From Acidobacteriota bacterium (lineage in GTDB: Bacteria; Acidobacteriota; UBA890; WLXD01): a stretch of 64,000 bases of DNA. Both the position numbers and the translations under genes were made by a program. The notes beneath the pieces were generated by a model. It saw only the letters and a list, made by a program, of their open reading frames with translations. It ran no database searches and had not been told where the DNA came from. Positions 20,204-29,270 of this stretch are shown here, piece after piece. Position 1 is the stretch's first letter; each line of letters opens with the position of its first letter. The stretch is taken from the NCBI GenBank assembly GCA_965248695.1, contig CBDFKD010000002.1, forward strand, positions 832,001 through 896,000. The letters run 5' to 3'.

Positions 20204-21361
20204 TCAGTCGGAAAACAGACCGTCCCCGATACCCGCGACGATCGAGGGCACGCACTCGACGTGGTCGGCCAGGCTGTATCGCTTCTCTCCGGGGTACACG
20301 ACGACGACCCGGTCGAGCTCCAGATCCTCCAGCGAGATTCGAATCGACTTCGTTAGCCGAGGGCTGTCGGTTCGCTTGCACTCGATCCCCACGAGCTGGT
20401 CCCCGCGACGCAGGACGAGGTCCATCTCCGCTCCCTGATGCGTCGCCCAGAAGAAAGCCTCGTCGTGTGGCGTCGTGGACAGGATGTGCTCGATAACAAA
20501 CCCCTCCCAGGACGCCCCGACCTTCGGATGCGTCAGCAGGCGTTTCTCGCTGTCGATCCCGAGCAGTTGGTGCAGCAGGCCGCTGTCGCGAACGTAGATC
20601 TTCGGCGACTTCACCTGTCGTTTTCGCAGATTCGCGTGGAAGGGCTGCAGTTGCCGGATCATGAATGCGTCGGTGAGCAAATCCAGATGGCGTCGGGCGG
20701 TCGATTCACCCACGCCGAGCGCGCGAGCGGACTCCGCAGCATTCCATATTTGTCCGTGATAGTGCGCGACCGTCGCCCAGAAGCGTTGGAGCGCGACCGC
20801 GGGCACTCGCACGCCCCATTGGGGGAAGTCGCGTTCCAGCAGTGCTTGGATAAAGCCCTTCCGCCAGGCGAGGCTATCGTCATGGTCGGCGGCCAGATAC
20901 GACAGTGGGAATCCGCCCCTGAGCCACAGGTCTCTCTCCGAGGCGGCTCCGAGCTCGGCCGTTGTGAACCCGCCCATGACGATCTGCTCGACACGGCCAG
21001 CGAGGCTCTCCGACGACTGGCGAAGCAGGTCGCCGGAAGCGCTTCCAAGTATGAGGAATCGGGCCGGTGTGCCGGGGCGGTCAGCCAACACTCGTAGAAC
21101 AGGATAAAGGTCAGGCCGGCGCTGCACCTCGTCGATCACAACCAGTCCCTGCAGCGGCCGCAGGGCGGTCATCGGTTCGTCCAGACGCGCCAGATCCGCC
21201 GGATCCTCGAGGTCGAAGTAGTTGACGGAGTCCGCCTCCAGGAGCTTTCGGACGAGCGTTGTCTTGCCGCACTGGCGTGGGCCAAGGAGGACCACGACGC
21301 GACTGCGTCCGAGGGCTCGCTCCAGCTCTGCGACGAGGCGGGAACGGTCGATCATTTTCAC
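20204..21361 (-). CDS. AAA_14 ATPase with DUF4143 domain
   Basis: GPRQCGKT, IDEVQ, LGSAS, RGGFP, KSPKIYVRDSG and E.D...IECK motifs. Confidence 0.92.
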   Translation of the reverse strand: MKMIDRSRLVAELERALGRSRVVVLLGPRQCGKTTLVRKLLEADSVNYFDLEDPADLARLDEPMTALRPLQGLVVIDEVQRRPDLYPVLRVLADRPGTPARFLILGSASGDLLRQSSESLAGRVEQIVMGGFTTAELGAASERDLWLRGGFPLSYLAADHDDSLAWRKGFIQALLERDFPQWGVRVPAVALQRFWATVAHYHGQIWNAAESARALGVGESTARRHLDLLTDAFMIRQLQPFHANLRKRQVKSPKIYVRDSGLLHQLLGIDSEKRLLTHPKVGASWEGFVIEHILSTTPHDEAFFWATHQGAEMDLVLRRGDQLVGIECKRTDSPRLTKSIRISLEDLELDRVVVVYPGEKRYSLADHVECVPSIVAGIGDGLFSD

Positions 21362-21410
21362 AGATTACCATGAAAATCAATTGTTGATCGAATGATATTC
21401 ATGGTAACTG
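21361..21410. promoter_or_regulatory. Inverted repeat over the ATPase promoter and start
   Basis: TTACCATGAA (21365-21374) ... TTCATGGTAA (21398-21407), extendable with mismatches; AT-rich. Confidence 0.65.
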
Positions 21411-21434
21411 GCTGAGACGGTCACGCATCCCCCT

Positions 21435-22469
21435 CTAGGTATGGAGGTGGCAGGCCACGTGGTGACCAGGAGTCGGTTCGAGCAGTTCGGGCTCGACGAT
21501 GTCGCAATCGACGCTGTGCTCGGTCAGGACCTGGCTCTTGAGCGGGCATCGGGTGCAGAAGTTGCAGCCCGCCGGTGGGTCGGTCGGGCTCGGCACTTCG
21601 CCTTCGGCGGCGGTGGCGCGCGCCTGCCGTGCGCGCTCTGGATCGGGGATCGGAACGGCCGACAGCAGCGCATCGGTATAGGGGTGGCGGGGGTTGTCGA
21701 AGAGCTCATCGCGCGGGGCGCACTCGACCAACTTGCCGAGATACATCACCGCGACGCGGTCGCTGATCTGCCGCACGACGCCCAGATCGTGGGTGATGAG
21801 CAGGTAGGAGAGCTCCAGGCGCTGCTGGAGGTCCTGCAACAACTCGACGATCTGCGCCTGGATCGATAGATCGAGCGCCGAGGTGGGTTCGTCGCACACC
21901 AGCAGCTCGGGCTCGAGCGCCAAGGCGCGCGCAATCCCCACGCGCTGTCGCTGGCCGCCGGAGAGCTCGCGCGGTAACCGCGCGCCCAGCGCCAGGTCGA
22001 GCCCGACGGTCTCGAGTAGCGAGTCGACCTTTCGCTTGAGGGCGTCGCCGGCGAGCTGGCGGTGGATCTCCAGGGGCTCGGCGATAAGGCGCTCGATGCG
22101 CCATCGCGGGTTGAGCGCCGCGCCGGCATCCTGGAACACCAGCTGCATGCGCGGTCGCAACTTGGTCATCTCGGCTCGTCCGAGCCCGCCGATCTCGTGG
22201 CCGTCGAAGCGCACGCTTCCCGAGGTTGCCGGCACCAGTCGCAGCACGGCACGACCCAGCGTGCTCTTGCCGCAGCCGCTCTCCCCTACCAGGCCCAGCG
22301 TTTCGCCGCGGGCGAGCGTCAGTGAGACCCCATCGACCGCCCGCACCATGGTGCTGTCGCGGCGCCAGGAAGTCCCCCCGCGGCGTGGAAAATGTACTCG
22401 CAGGTCGGAGATCTCGAGCAGAGGCGCGCCGTTGCCGTTGGCTCCGGCGTTGTCGCCAGCGCCGCTCAT
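21435..22469 (-). CDS. oppF: Oligopeptide/dipeptide ABC transporter ATPase (OppF-like)
   Basis: GESGCGKS, LSGGQRQR, HPYT and GCNFCTRC motifs. Confidence 0.9.
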   Translation of the reverse strand: MSGAGDNAGANGNGAPLLEISDLRVHFPRRGGTSWRRDSTMVRAVDGVSLTLARGETLGLVGESGCGKSTLGRAVLRLVPATSGSVRFDGHEIGGLGRAEMTKLRPRMQLVFQDAGAALNPRWRIERLIAEPLEIHRQLAGDALKRKVDSLLETVGLDLALGARLPRELSGGQRQRVGIARALALEPELLVCDEPTSALDLSIQAQIVELLQDLQQRLELSYLLITHDLGVVRQISDRVAVMYLGKLVECAPRDELFDNPRHPYTDALLSAVPIPDPERARQARATAAEGEVPSPTDPPAGCNFCTRCPLKSQVLTEHSVDCDIVEPELLEPTPGHHVACHLHT

Positions 22470-22518
22470 GACCGACGGCTCCCGACTGCGCGGCTCATGC
22501 CGCTCCCGATCGCGCCGC

Positions 22519-23391
22519 TCATGACTGCGTCCCCGCCGAGGCGCCATCAGGACCGGCGCCCTTCGGCACCTTGCGTCGCGCCAGCGCCATGAGCTCGCGC
22601 GTGTACGGGTGCTCCGGCTGTGCATACAGCTGTACCGCCGGCGCCGCCTCGACGATCTTGCCGGATTGCATCACCACCACGCGGTCGGCGAGACCGGCGA
22701 CAACACCGAGATCGTGGCTAATCCAGATCAGCGCCATTCCGAGGTCGTCACGCAGCTGACGCATCAGATCGACAATCTGAGCCTGAACCGTCACGTCGAG
22801 GGCCGTCGTCGGCTCATCGGCAATCAACAACTCCGGCTCACCGGCCAGCGCCATCGCGATCATGGCGCGCTGCCGCATGCCACCCGACAGCTGATGTGGG
22901 TAAGCACCTACCAGCTCGTCGGGCTGCGGGATTCCCACACGCCCCAGCCATTGGACAATCTGCGGCCGGATCTCGGCGGCGCCGCCACCGAGATGGCGCT
23001 CGATGACCTCTCCTATCTGGCGGCCCACGGTCATCACCGGGTTGAGGGCCGACAGCGAGTCCTGGAAGACCAGGCCGATGCGCTTGCCCCGGACGGCGGA
23101 AAGCGCCGCCTCGTCGAGCCCCAGGAGATCGACCCCGTCGAGCCACACACGCTCCGCCGACACACGCGCCGGCGGAGTGGGCACGAGGCCGAGCAGCGAC
23201 ATCGCTGTCACGCTCTTGCCGGAGCCGGACTCTCCGACGATGCCGAGGGTTTCCCCGGCATCGACGTTGAACGAGATTCCGTCCACGGCGCGCACCACGC
23301 CGGCGGCCGTATCGAACTCGACGTGCAGGTCGCGCACTTCGAGCAGCGATCGGGCCCCGGCGTCGGGTTGCGCCGCAGAATCGGCCATCAC
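22519..23391 (-). CDS. oppD: Oligopeptide/dipeptide ABC transporter ATPase (OppD-like) with short C-terminus
   Basis: GESGSGKS, LSGGMRQR, DEPTTALD and HPYT motifs; lacks the Cys-rich tail. Confidence 0.88.
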   Translation of the reverse strand: MMADSAAQPDAGARSLLEVRDLHVEFDTAAGVVRAVDGISFNVDAGETLGIVGESGSGKSVTAMSLLGLVPTPPARVSAERVWLDGVDLLGLDEAALSAVRGKRIGLVFQDSLSALNPVMTVGRQIGEVIERHLGGGAAEIRPQIVQWLGRVGIPQPDELVGAYPHQLSGGMRQRAMIAMALAGEPELLIADEPTTALDVTVQAQIVDLMRQLRDDLGMALIWISHDLGVVAGLADRVVVMQSGKIVEAAPAVQLYAQPEHPYTRELMALARRKVPKGAGPDGASAGTQS

Positions 23392-23443
23392 GTTACCGGG
23401 AATTGCCGTGGCGCAAGCGTTGCCGGTTCCACTACCACCACCC

Positions 23444-23762
23444 TCAGTCCTCGAACCCCATCTCGGGGTTGAACGCGCCGCCGCCGCTCATCTCCTTGCC
23501 GTCGAGGATGACGGTCGGCGTCGCCAGCATGATGTCCATGTGAAAGTCGCTCAGCCCGACGGTGCCACCCATATCGGGATTCTGGTATCCGAAGCCGAAG
23601 TCGACCGCCGCGAGCTTGCGCTCGTCCTCGATCATGCGGCCGGAGATGCCGGCCTGCGGATTGAGGCCGAGGCTGAAGTGGCAGAGCTTGTAAATGGTCG
23701 GGTCGTTGCAGCTCGCCAGCCACTCGCGCATGTTGTCGGCCTCGGAGCCGCCCTCGACCTGG
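23444..23762 (-). pseudogene. C-terminal remnant of an M29/NicX-like aminopeptidase-fold protein
   Basis: EGGSEA...HFSLGLNP...IEDER...FGFG...HMDI..PTVILDG; the sequence upstream does not continue the family pattern. Confidence 0.65.
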
Positions 23763-23895
23763 GGTACTCCGGAACACGATGGCAGATCGTATATCGTATC
23801 CAGTCTTGTGAGCCACAGGCGAAAGAGCAGCGTAGAACGGCCGTGAGACGACAACGCCGCCGCAAAGAGATGATTGAACAGTGAGGGAGCTGTCC

Positions 23896-25068
23896 ATGTC
23901 TTCGTTTCTGACATCGGACGAGATCGAAGCGCTCGAACGGCCAACAGGCAAAGCTCGCGGCCTTCCAGGCAGGGTCTATGGAGCGGAGTTTTTCGAGCTG
24001 GAACAAGAGCGGTTGTTCCCACGAAGTTGGTGCGCCGTAGGTTTCGCCAGCGATGTTCCGAACCCGGGCGATATCAAGCCGGTGGAGTTGGCCGGCTGGC
24101 CTGTCCTGCTCGTCAGGGGCGGGGACGGGCGCCTGCGGGCTTTCCTGAACATATGCCGCCATCGAGCCATGCGGGTGGTGTCGGACCCCTGTAAGAATGT
24201 GCGGTCTATCTCGTGTCCTTGGCACAAGTGGACCTACGACCTGGAAGGCACGCTGATCGGCACGCCGAGGATCGGTGGCCAGCAGTGCAACGTGGATCCA
24301 GAAATAGACTTGTCGGATCTGTCATTGCAAAGCATCGCGGTGGCGCAGTGGCAAGATCTGGTTTTCGTGAATCTGGATGGCCGGGCGCCCCCATTCGAAG
24401 CACACATTGCCCCCTGGGTTGAACTGGTCAGCGACTATGATCTGGAGGCGCTAAACCCGTCCGGTGGGTTCGAGCTCGACTATCCGGGCAACTGGAAGAT
24501 CACCGTCGAGGGCGCGGTGGAGGACTATCACCTCTTTGCATGCCATCCCCAGATCCTGAGCGACGTCCTGGATTCGGAGCCCGCTACCCATTGGTCGCCC
24601 CGCTGCTTCTATGCCGTCTCATCGACGCGTCGCTATGAGGCCGACGCGGATGCGACTGAGAAGCATGGTGTGCACGACCGGCTCCCTAGCATTCGTTCGG
24701 CCAATGAGGGCATCGCGGAAACCACCTACTTCGCCGGGCTCTTCCCAACCGGTTTCGTGCAACTCAGGTTGCACTACTTGATCCTTGCAACGGCCCTGCC
24801 GGACGGTCCGGATCGGACCAGGCTGGTGTTCAAGTTCTTCTACAAGGGGGACGCGGCCGCCGACCCGTCACTGGCCGAGACGAGAGACAACATCGTGAAT
24901 GAATGGCAGCTGATCTTCGAGCAGGACATCCCGTACATGAAGTACGTGCACCTGAATCACAAGTGCCCCGATATCCGTCGACACCTCGGTGGCACGCGCT
25001 ATGCTCCGGCCTGGGAAAAGAACGTGCATCGCTTCGACCGAGATGTAGTTGCGGTCATGGAAGATTAG
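23896..25068 (+). CDS. Rieske non-heme iron oxygenase alpha subunit (choline monooxygenase-like)
   Basis: CRHR...CPWH Rieske motif; NWK...EDYHLFACH; EQD. Confidence 0.9.
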   Translation: MSSFLTSDEIEALERPTGKARGLPGRVYGAEFFELEQERLFPRSWCAVGFASDVPNPGDIKPVELAGWPVLLVRGGDGRLRAFLNICRHRAMRVVSDPCKNVRSISCPWHKWTYDLEGTLIGTPRIGGQQCNVDPEIDLSDLSLQSIAVAQWQDLVFVNLDGRAPPFEAHIAPWVELVSDYDLEALNPSGGFELDYPGNWKITVEGAVEDYHLFACHPQILSDVLDSEPATHWSPRCFYAVSSTRRYEADADATEKHGVHDRLPSIRSANEGIAETTYFAGLFPTGFVQLRLHYLILATALPDGPDRTRLVFKFFYKGDAAADPSLAETRDNIVNEWQLIFEQDIPYMKYVHLNHKCPDIRRHLGGTRYAPAWEKNVHRFDRDVVAVMED

Positions 25069-25072
25069 CGCC

Positions 25073-25594
25073 GTGCGACGACCAACCCTCCTCGCAGCCC
25101 TCATCCCTTGTCTGCTGATCCCCGGTCTGCTGTCGGCCGCTCCGGCGAGCAGTCAGGAGGACGGCCGCATCCTCGACGCCCGGGCGCGCTACGAGACGCT
25201 CAATCTGATCCGCAACGACAAGTTCGACCTGATCCTGCCCGGCGCCATGCGCGACAACGACGTCGACATGTGGATCCACGTGATCCGCCTGGGCAACCAG
25301 GACCCGCTGGAGTTGGATCTGGGCGCCGAGTTCGGCACCTTCGTGTTCTCCGATCGCGGCGGCGATCGCCAGGCCTTCGGCAACGACGAGTACCTGACCC
25401 ACAACGTCAACGCCTGGTTCGATCTGAACGAGTCGCTGCCGGGACCCTGGGTCGACGTGCAGATCGGCGACAGCGGACCGCGATCCGGTACGCGCGAGCA
25501 ACTGCGCCAGCGCGATCCGACGCTGTACGCGCTGATCGACCGGTTCCTACCCGCCTCGCTGGGCGATCTGATGGAAGGCTGTGTTGGTAGCTAG
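25073..25594 (+). pseudogene. Chimeric ORF: N-terminus of an M24-like secreted peptidase fused to an unrelated C-terminus
   Basis: Signal peptide + IRNDKFDLILPGAMRDNDVDMWI...FVFSDRGGDR, then abruptly ...EY...AWFD...TREQLRQRDPTLYALI. Confidence 0.55.
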
Positions 25595-27593
25595 AGCGCC
25601 GTTCGTGTGCGTGCTGGCGCTGGCCCTCTCGCTGGCGACCGAGCCGGCCCTAGCCTGGGGGGCGCAGGAGGAGCCCGGGCAGGCCGGGTCCGAGCAGACC
25701 GGCGATACAGATCCGCCCGAGCTTCAGCGTGTCTACTCCACCGCCACCGTCATCGGCGGCCGCCCCATCTCCTCGAGCACCTCGGCCGTGTTCGTCCTCG
25801 ACCGCGCGGCCGTGGAGTCGCTGGTGGCGCGATCGGCCGCCGACTTGCTGCGCTTCGTGCCCGGCGTGCAGTTGCTCACCAACGGCTCGCGTGGCGGCGC
25901 CACGGCGGCGCAGATTCGTGGCGGCGACCCGAACTTCACGCTCGTGCTGCTCGACGGCGTGCCGCTCAACGACTCCAACGATCAGCAGGGCGGCGCCGTC
26001 AGCCTCAACAGCCTGCCCACGGAGACCATCGAGCGCATCGAGGTGGTGTCGGGACCGCTATCGGCCCACTACGGGTCAACCGGGCTGGCGGGCGCCATCA
26101 ACATCATCACGCGCACCGGGGCCTCTGGTGCTGGAGCGCCAGGACCGGACGGGGCGGACCCGGCTCTGGCAAGCGAGCCGCCGTCGATCCACGCCTCGAT
26201 CGAGAGTGGTTCCGCTTCGTTGTTCAGAGCCTCGGCAGGCATCAGCAGCTACTGGCGGCCGAGCCACGACTACTCGGCGACCGTGCAGTACGAGCGCGAG
26301 GAAGGCCGCATCGGCGAAGACCGATTCGAGCAGCTCGACGCTCAGGCGCGGCTCGGTCTGCGACCCGGCGACACCACCGATCTGCGGTTCGTGGGCCGTT
26401 TCACGACTTGGGAGGCCGACGACTATCCGGTCGCATCCGGAGGTCCGACCCTAGGGTCGGGCGAGCTCCGCACATCGAGCCACGACGAGCTCAGCGTCGG
26501 CGTCGATCTAACGATGGAGCCTGACGATCGGCATCAGATCCGCATCAATGGCTCCGTCTACCGTCACACGCTGGAACGAACCAGCCCGGCAATTCCGCCG
26601 CTGGTACCGCCGTTGGTCGAGGACGCCCGCTTCACCCGCGCCCGGTTCGGCGGCTCGGCGCTGCTGCGCATCTCCGACATCGGCTTCCTGAGCGTCGGCG
26701 CCGACGTGAATGTCGAGCGCGGCGACGTACAGAGCATCCTGTCGCTACCGCCGTTCTTCGGCGGCGACATCGCCGGCGACTACGACATCAGCCGGACAAT
26801 CGGCGGACCGTTCGCCGAGCTGGTCCTGGATCTCGACAGGGTCGCGTTGGAGGTGGGCACGCGCCTCGATTTCGTCGAGGGCAGCGATCCGCAGTTCAGC
26901 CCGCGGTTCGGGATCAATTACCGGGCCGGTGAGGCGACACAGATCCGCGCTTCGGTGGGCCGCGCCTTCAAGCTCCCCAGCTTCTTCGCCATCGCCAGCC
27001 CCCGGGCTCTCGGAGGCAACCCGGCGTTGCGGCCAGAATCCTCCTGGGGCGGCGACCTCGGCGTGCAGCACGAGTGGCGGCAAGCCGGCGTACGGCTCGG
27101 CCTCACGGCCTTCTACAACCGCTTCACGGACCTGGTCGACTTCGATTTCGCCACCTTCTTGAACGTCAACCGCAACGCTGTGGAGACGCGCGGCGTGGAG
27201 GCGCACATCGGATGGCGTAGCGACTCGCGCTTCGGCATCGATGCCACCGTCACGCGCCAGAGCGTCGAGGATCTCAGCTCTCCCGAGCCGCTGCTGCAGC
27301 GTCCGGAGTGGCTAGCCAACCTCCGCGCCACCTGGCAGGCGCACGAGCGTGTATTGCTAGCGGCCGACGCTGAATACGTTGCGGGGTTCTTCGATCGGCA
27401 GCTGCCAGTGCCCGACCGCGACTGCGTCGACGGTCGTACGCTGCTGGGAATCAGCGGATCGTGGAAAGCCGCTCCCGGCCTCGATCTGGTGGCCCGCGCC
27501 GACAACCTCGCCGACGCCAGCTACGAGACGCTGATCGGCTTTCCGGGGCCCTCGCGATCGATCCGTATCGGGCTCCGGTACAACGGTCGCTAG
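25581..27593 (+). CDS. TonB-dependent receptor
   Basis: Plug motifs IRGG...LVLLDGVP and IERIEVVSGP.S.HYG...AGAINIIT; C-terminal DNL...Y...R...GLRY. Confidence 0.9.
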   Translation: MLVARAPFVCVLALALSLATEPALAWGAQEEPGQAGSEQTGDTDPPELQRVYSTATVIGGRPISSSTSAVFVLDRAAVESLVARSAADLLRFVPGVQLLTNGSRGGATAAQIRGGDPNFTLVLLDGVPLNDSNDQQGGAVSLNSLPTETIERIEVVSGPLSAHYGSTGLAGAINIITRTGASGAGAPGPDGADPALASEPPSIHASIESGSASLFRASAGISSYWRPSHDYSATVQYEREEGRIGEDRFEQLDAQARLGLRPGDTTDLRFVGRFTTWEADDYPVASGGPTLGSGELRTSSHDELSVGVDLTMEPDDRHQIRINGSVYRHTLERTSPAIPPLVPPLVEDARFTRARFGGSALLRISDIGFLSVGADVNVERGDVQSILSLPPFFGGDIAGDYDISRTIGGPFAELVLDLDRVALEVGTRLDFVEGSDPQFSPRFGINYRAGEATQIRASVGRAFKLPSFFAIASPRALGGNPALRPESSWGGDLGVQHEWRQAGVRLGLTAFYNRFTDLVDFDFATFLNVNRNAVETRGVEAHIGWRSDSRFGIDATVTRQSVEDLSSPEPLLQRPEWLANLRATWQAHERVLLAADAEYVAGFFDRQLPVPDRDCVDGRTLLGISGSWKAAPGLDLVARADNLADASYETLIGFPGPSRSIRIGLRYNGR

Positions 27594-27856
27594 GCGATAC
27601 GGCGCGGGCGCACCTGCCCGACGACGCCAGCATCCAGCCCACGAGCGCGGCAAAGACCATGCCTCCGAACGCCCCGGCCGATCGCGGCGCGGCGGTGGGC
27701 GTCTGGAACCTCAGCCGCGGCACCGGCCCGCTCGGTAGCCTGGAAACCGGAGCCGTTGCCGGCGCGCTCGGCGCACCGATGGCCCAGGTGATCAACGCCG
27801 CTGCTTTCTTGGTCGTAGTCGCAGGCGCTGCGCCGCTGCAGCGAACCGCTCGCTGA
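27590..27856. pseudogene. Two back-to-back MFS transporter C-terminal remnants
   Basis: Minus strand AGAFGGMVFAALVGWML; plus strand PADRGAAVGVWNLSRGTGPLGSLETGAVAGALGAP...*; they meet near 27670. Confidence 0.5.
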
Positions 27857-27921
27857 CGTATAGAGTCGACATAGTGCGCCACGCACAGCGGACGTCTGCG
27901 TGAACCTCGAGGAGTAAGCGA

Positions 27922-28380
27922 ATGGCTCTCGACCTGCCGAGCGTGATGATCCTGCTGGCGTTGCAGCTCCTGGCACTCGCGTGGCGGGTGCGGCGCGAAA
28001 TCGACGGCCACGAGGCGCATCCGTTCCCCTGGGTCCCTGTGCCCGACAACGTCAACGTAGCGGCCATGCTGGTGGTGCTGTACTTCTGCATCGTGGCGCC
28101 GCTGACCACCACCGGCCTGCGGCTCTACTCCGTCAGCGTGCTAGCGCGAGCATGCTTCGCAGCCGCGTGCCTTCTGATCGTCGCGCACCCGTTGATCGTC
28201 GCCGCCCACTATCGCGTCTGGGGTGGAGACCGCGGTGGGACCAGCCCGGAAGGGGATCAGCCGTATTGCACGCGTCAGGAGGCGGTCTTGCAAGTGATCG
28301 CGCTCATCGGTGCCACGGTGGTTTTCCTGTGGGTCTTGCGGGCCGCCAGCGCCCCGACCGTCACGTTGCCGCCAAACTGA
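27922..28380 (+). CDS. Membrane protein (4 TM)
   Basis: RBS GAGGAG; hydrophobic 152 aa ORF. Confidence 0.75.
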   Translation: MALDLPSVMILLALQLLALAWRVRREIDGHEAHPFPWVPVPDNVNVAAMLVVLYFCIVAPLTTTGLRLYSVSVLARACFAAACLLIVAHPLIVAAHYRVWGGDRGGTSPEGDQPYCTRQEAVLQVIALIGATVVFLWVLRAASAPTVTLPPN

Positions 28381-28471
28381 TCCACCGCGATGGGTCCGCG
28401 GCATGGCGACGGTAACTGCGGTTCCCTGAGGACCGTCTCATCGATAAGTGGAAGCATGATTGGTGAGCCAG

Positions 28472-28516
28472 TTGCTGTACGCGAAGATATATGTTACGAT
28501 ATATTTATGAATATAT
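28472..28516 (+). promoter_or_regulatory. TA promoter/operator
   Basis: TTGCTG-N17-TACGAT; ATATAT boxes at 28487, 28499 and 28511. Confidence 0.6.
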
Positions 28517-28534
28517 TCCTGGCAGAGGATACCT

Positions 28535-28771
28535 ATGGGCAAGCCGTTGACGATCCAGGCCGAAGACGATCGACGGATTGAGAATCTGAAAGACCGTCTC
28601 GGTGTATCCACCAAGATCGGGGTAGTCCGGGCCGGGCTGGAACTGTTGGAAAAAGAGGCGGAGCGGCGTACTCGGGTGGCCCGCTGGCGCAGCGCCGCCC
28701 AGCTAGCTGCACCGACGAGCCGAGAAGTGAACGCGGAGTTCCGCGCTCGCACCAGACTGAAGACGCTGTGA
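28535..28771 (+). CDS. RHH-like antitoxin
   Basis: KPLTIQ...LKDRLGVSTKIGVVRAGLELL; GTGA overlap with the toxin gene. Confidence 0.75.
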   Translation: MGKPLTIQAEDDRRIENLKDRLGVSTKIGVVRAGLELLEKEAERRTRVARWRSAAQLAAPTSREVNAEFRARTRLKTL

Positions 28772-29121
28772 AGTCCGTTCCGCGGCGCTGGGATATTCAC
28801 GTGGTCGATCTGGAGCCGCAGGTCGGAACCAAGCCGGGAAAGCAGCGCCCGTGCCTGGCGATCCAGCCCACCGAGCTCAGTCAGGCCGGATTGGAGAGCA
28901 CCGTCGTCCTTCCTTTGACAACCAAGACAACCGCGCAGGAAGCGTTCCCACTCCGTGTCCGGATCCCGGCCGGCACCGCGGGCATCCGCCACGACAGCGA
29001 TATCCTGATAGATCAGATGCTGGCCTGGGACAACGCGTTGTTCCGGCAGAGACTCGGCGCGCTTCCCGACGCGCTGCGGGAAGAGGTCAAGGCAGCGTTA
29101 TCCGACTTCCTCGATCTCTAG
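28768..29121 (+). CDS. mazF: PemK/MazF family toxin
   Basis: VDLEPQVGTKPGKQRPCLAIQ, VLPLTT and SDILIDQ motifs. Confidence 0.9.
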   Translation: MKSVPRRWDIHVVDLEPQVGTKPGKQRPCLAIQPTELSQAGLESTVVLPLTTKTTAQEAFPLRVRIPAGTAGIRHDSDILIDQMLAWDNALFRQRLGALPDALREEVKAALSDFLDL

Positions 29122-29270
29122 CCGTCACGCCGATGTCGGTCTGGCGCGGCTAGTGAATCAACAAAACCCGTTCGTTGGGCGGGTAGACTCGTTCTTCGCT
29201 CATGTTTCCTGGCCCATCGTTGGTGCTCCGACCTGCCCCGTTATCTCATGCGTCCATTCATCGGTGTCGG

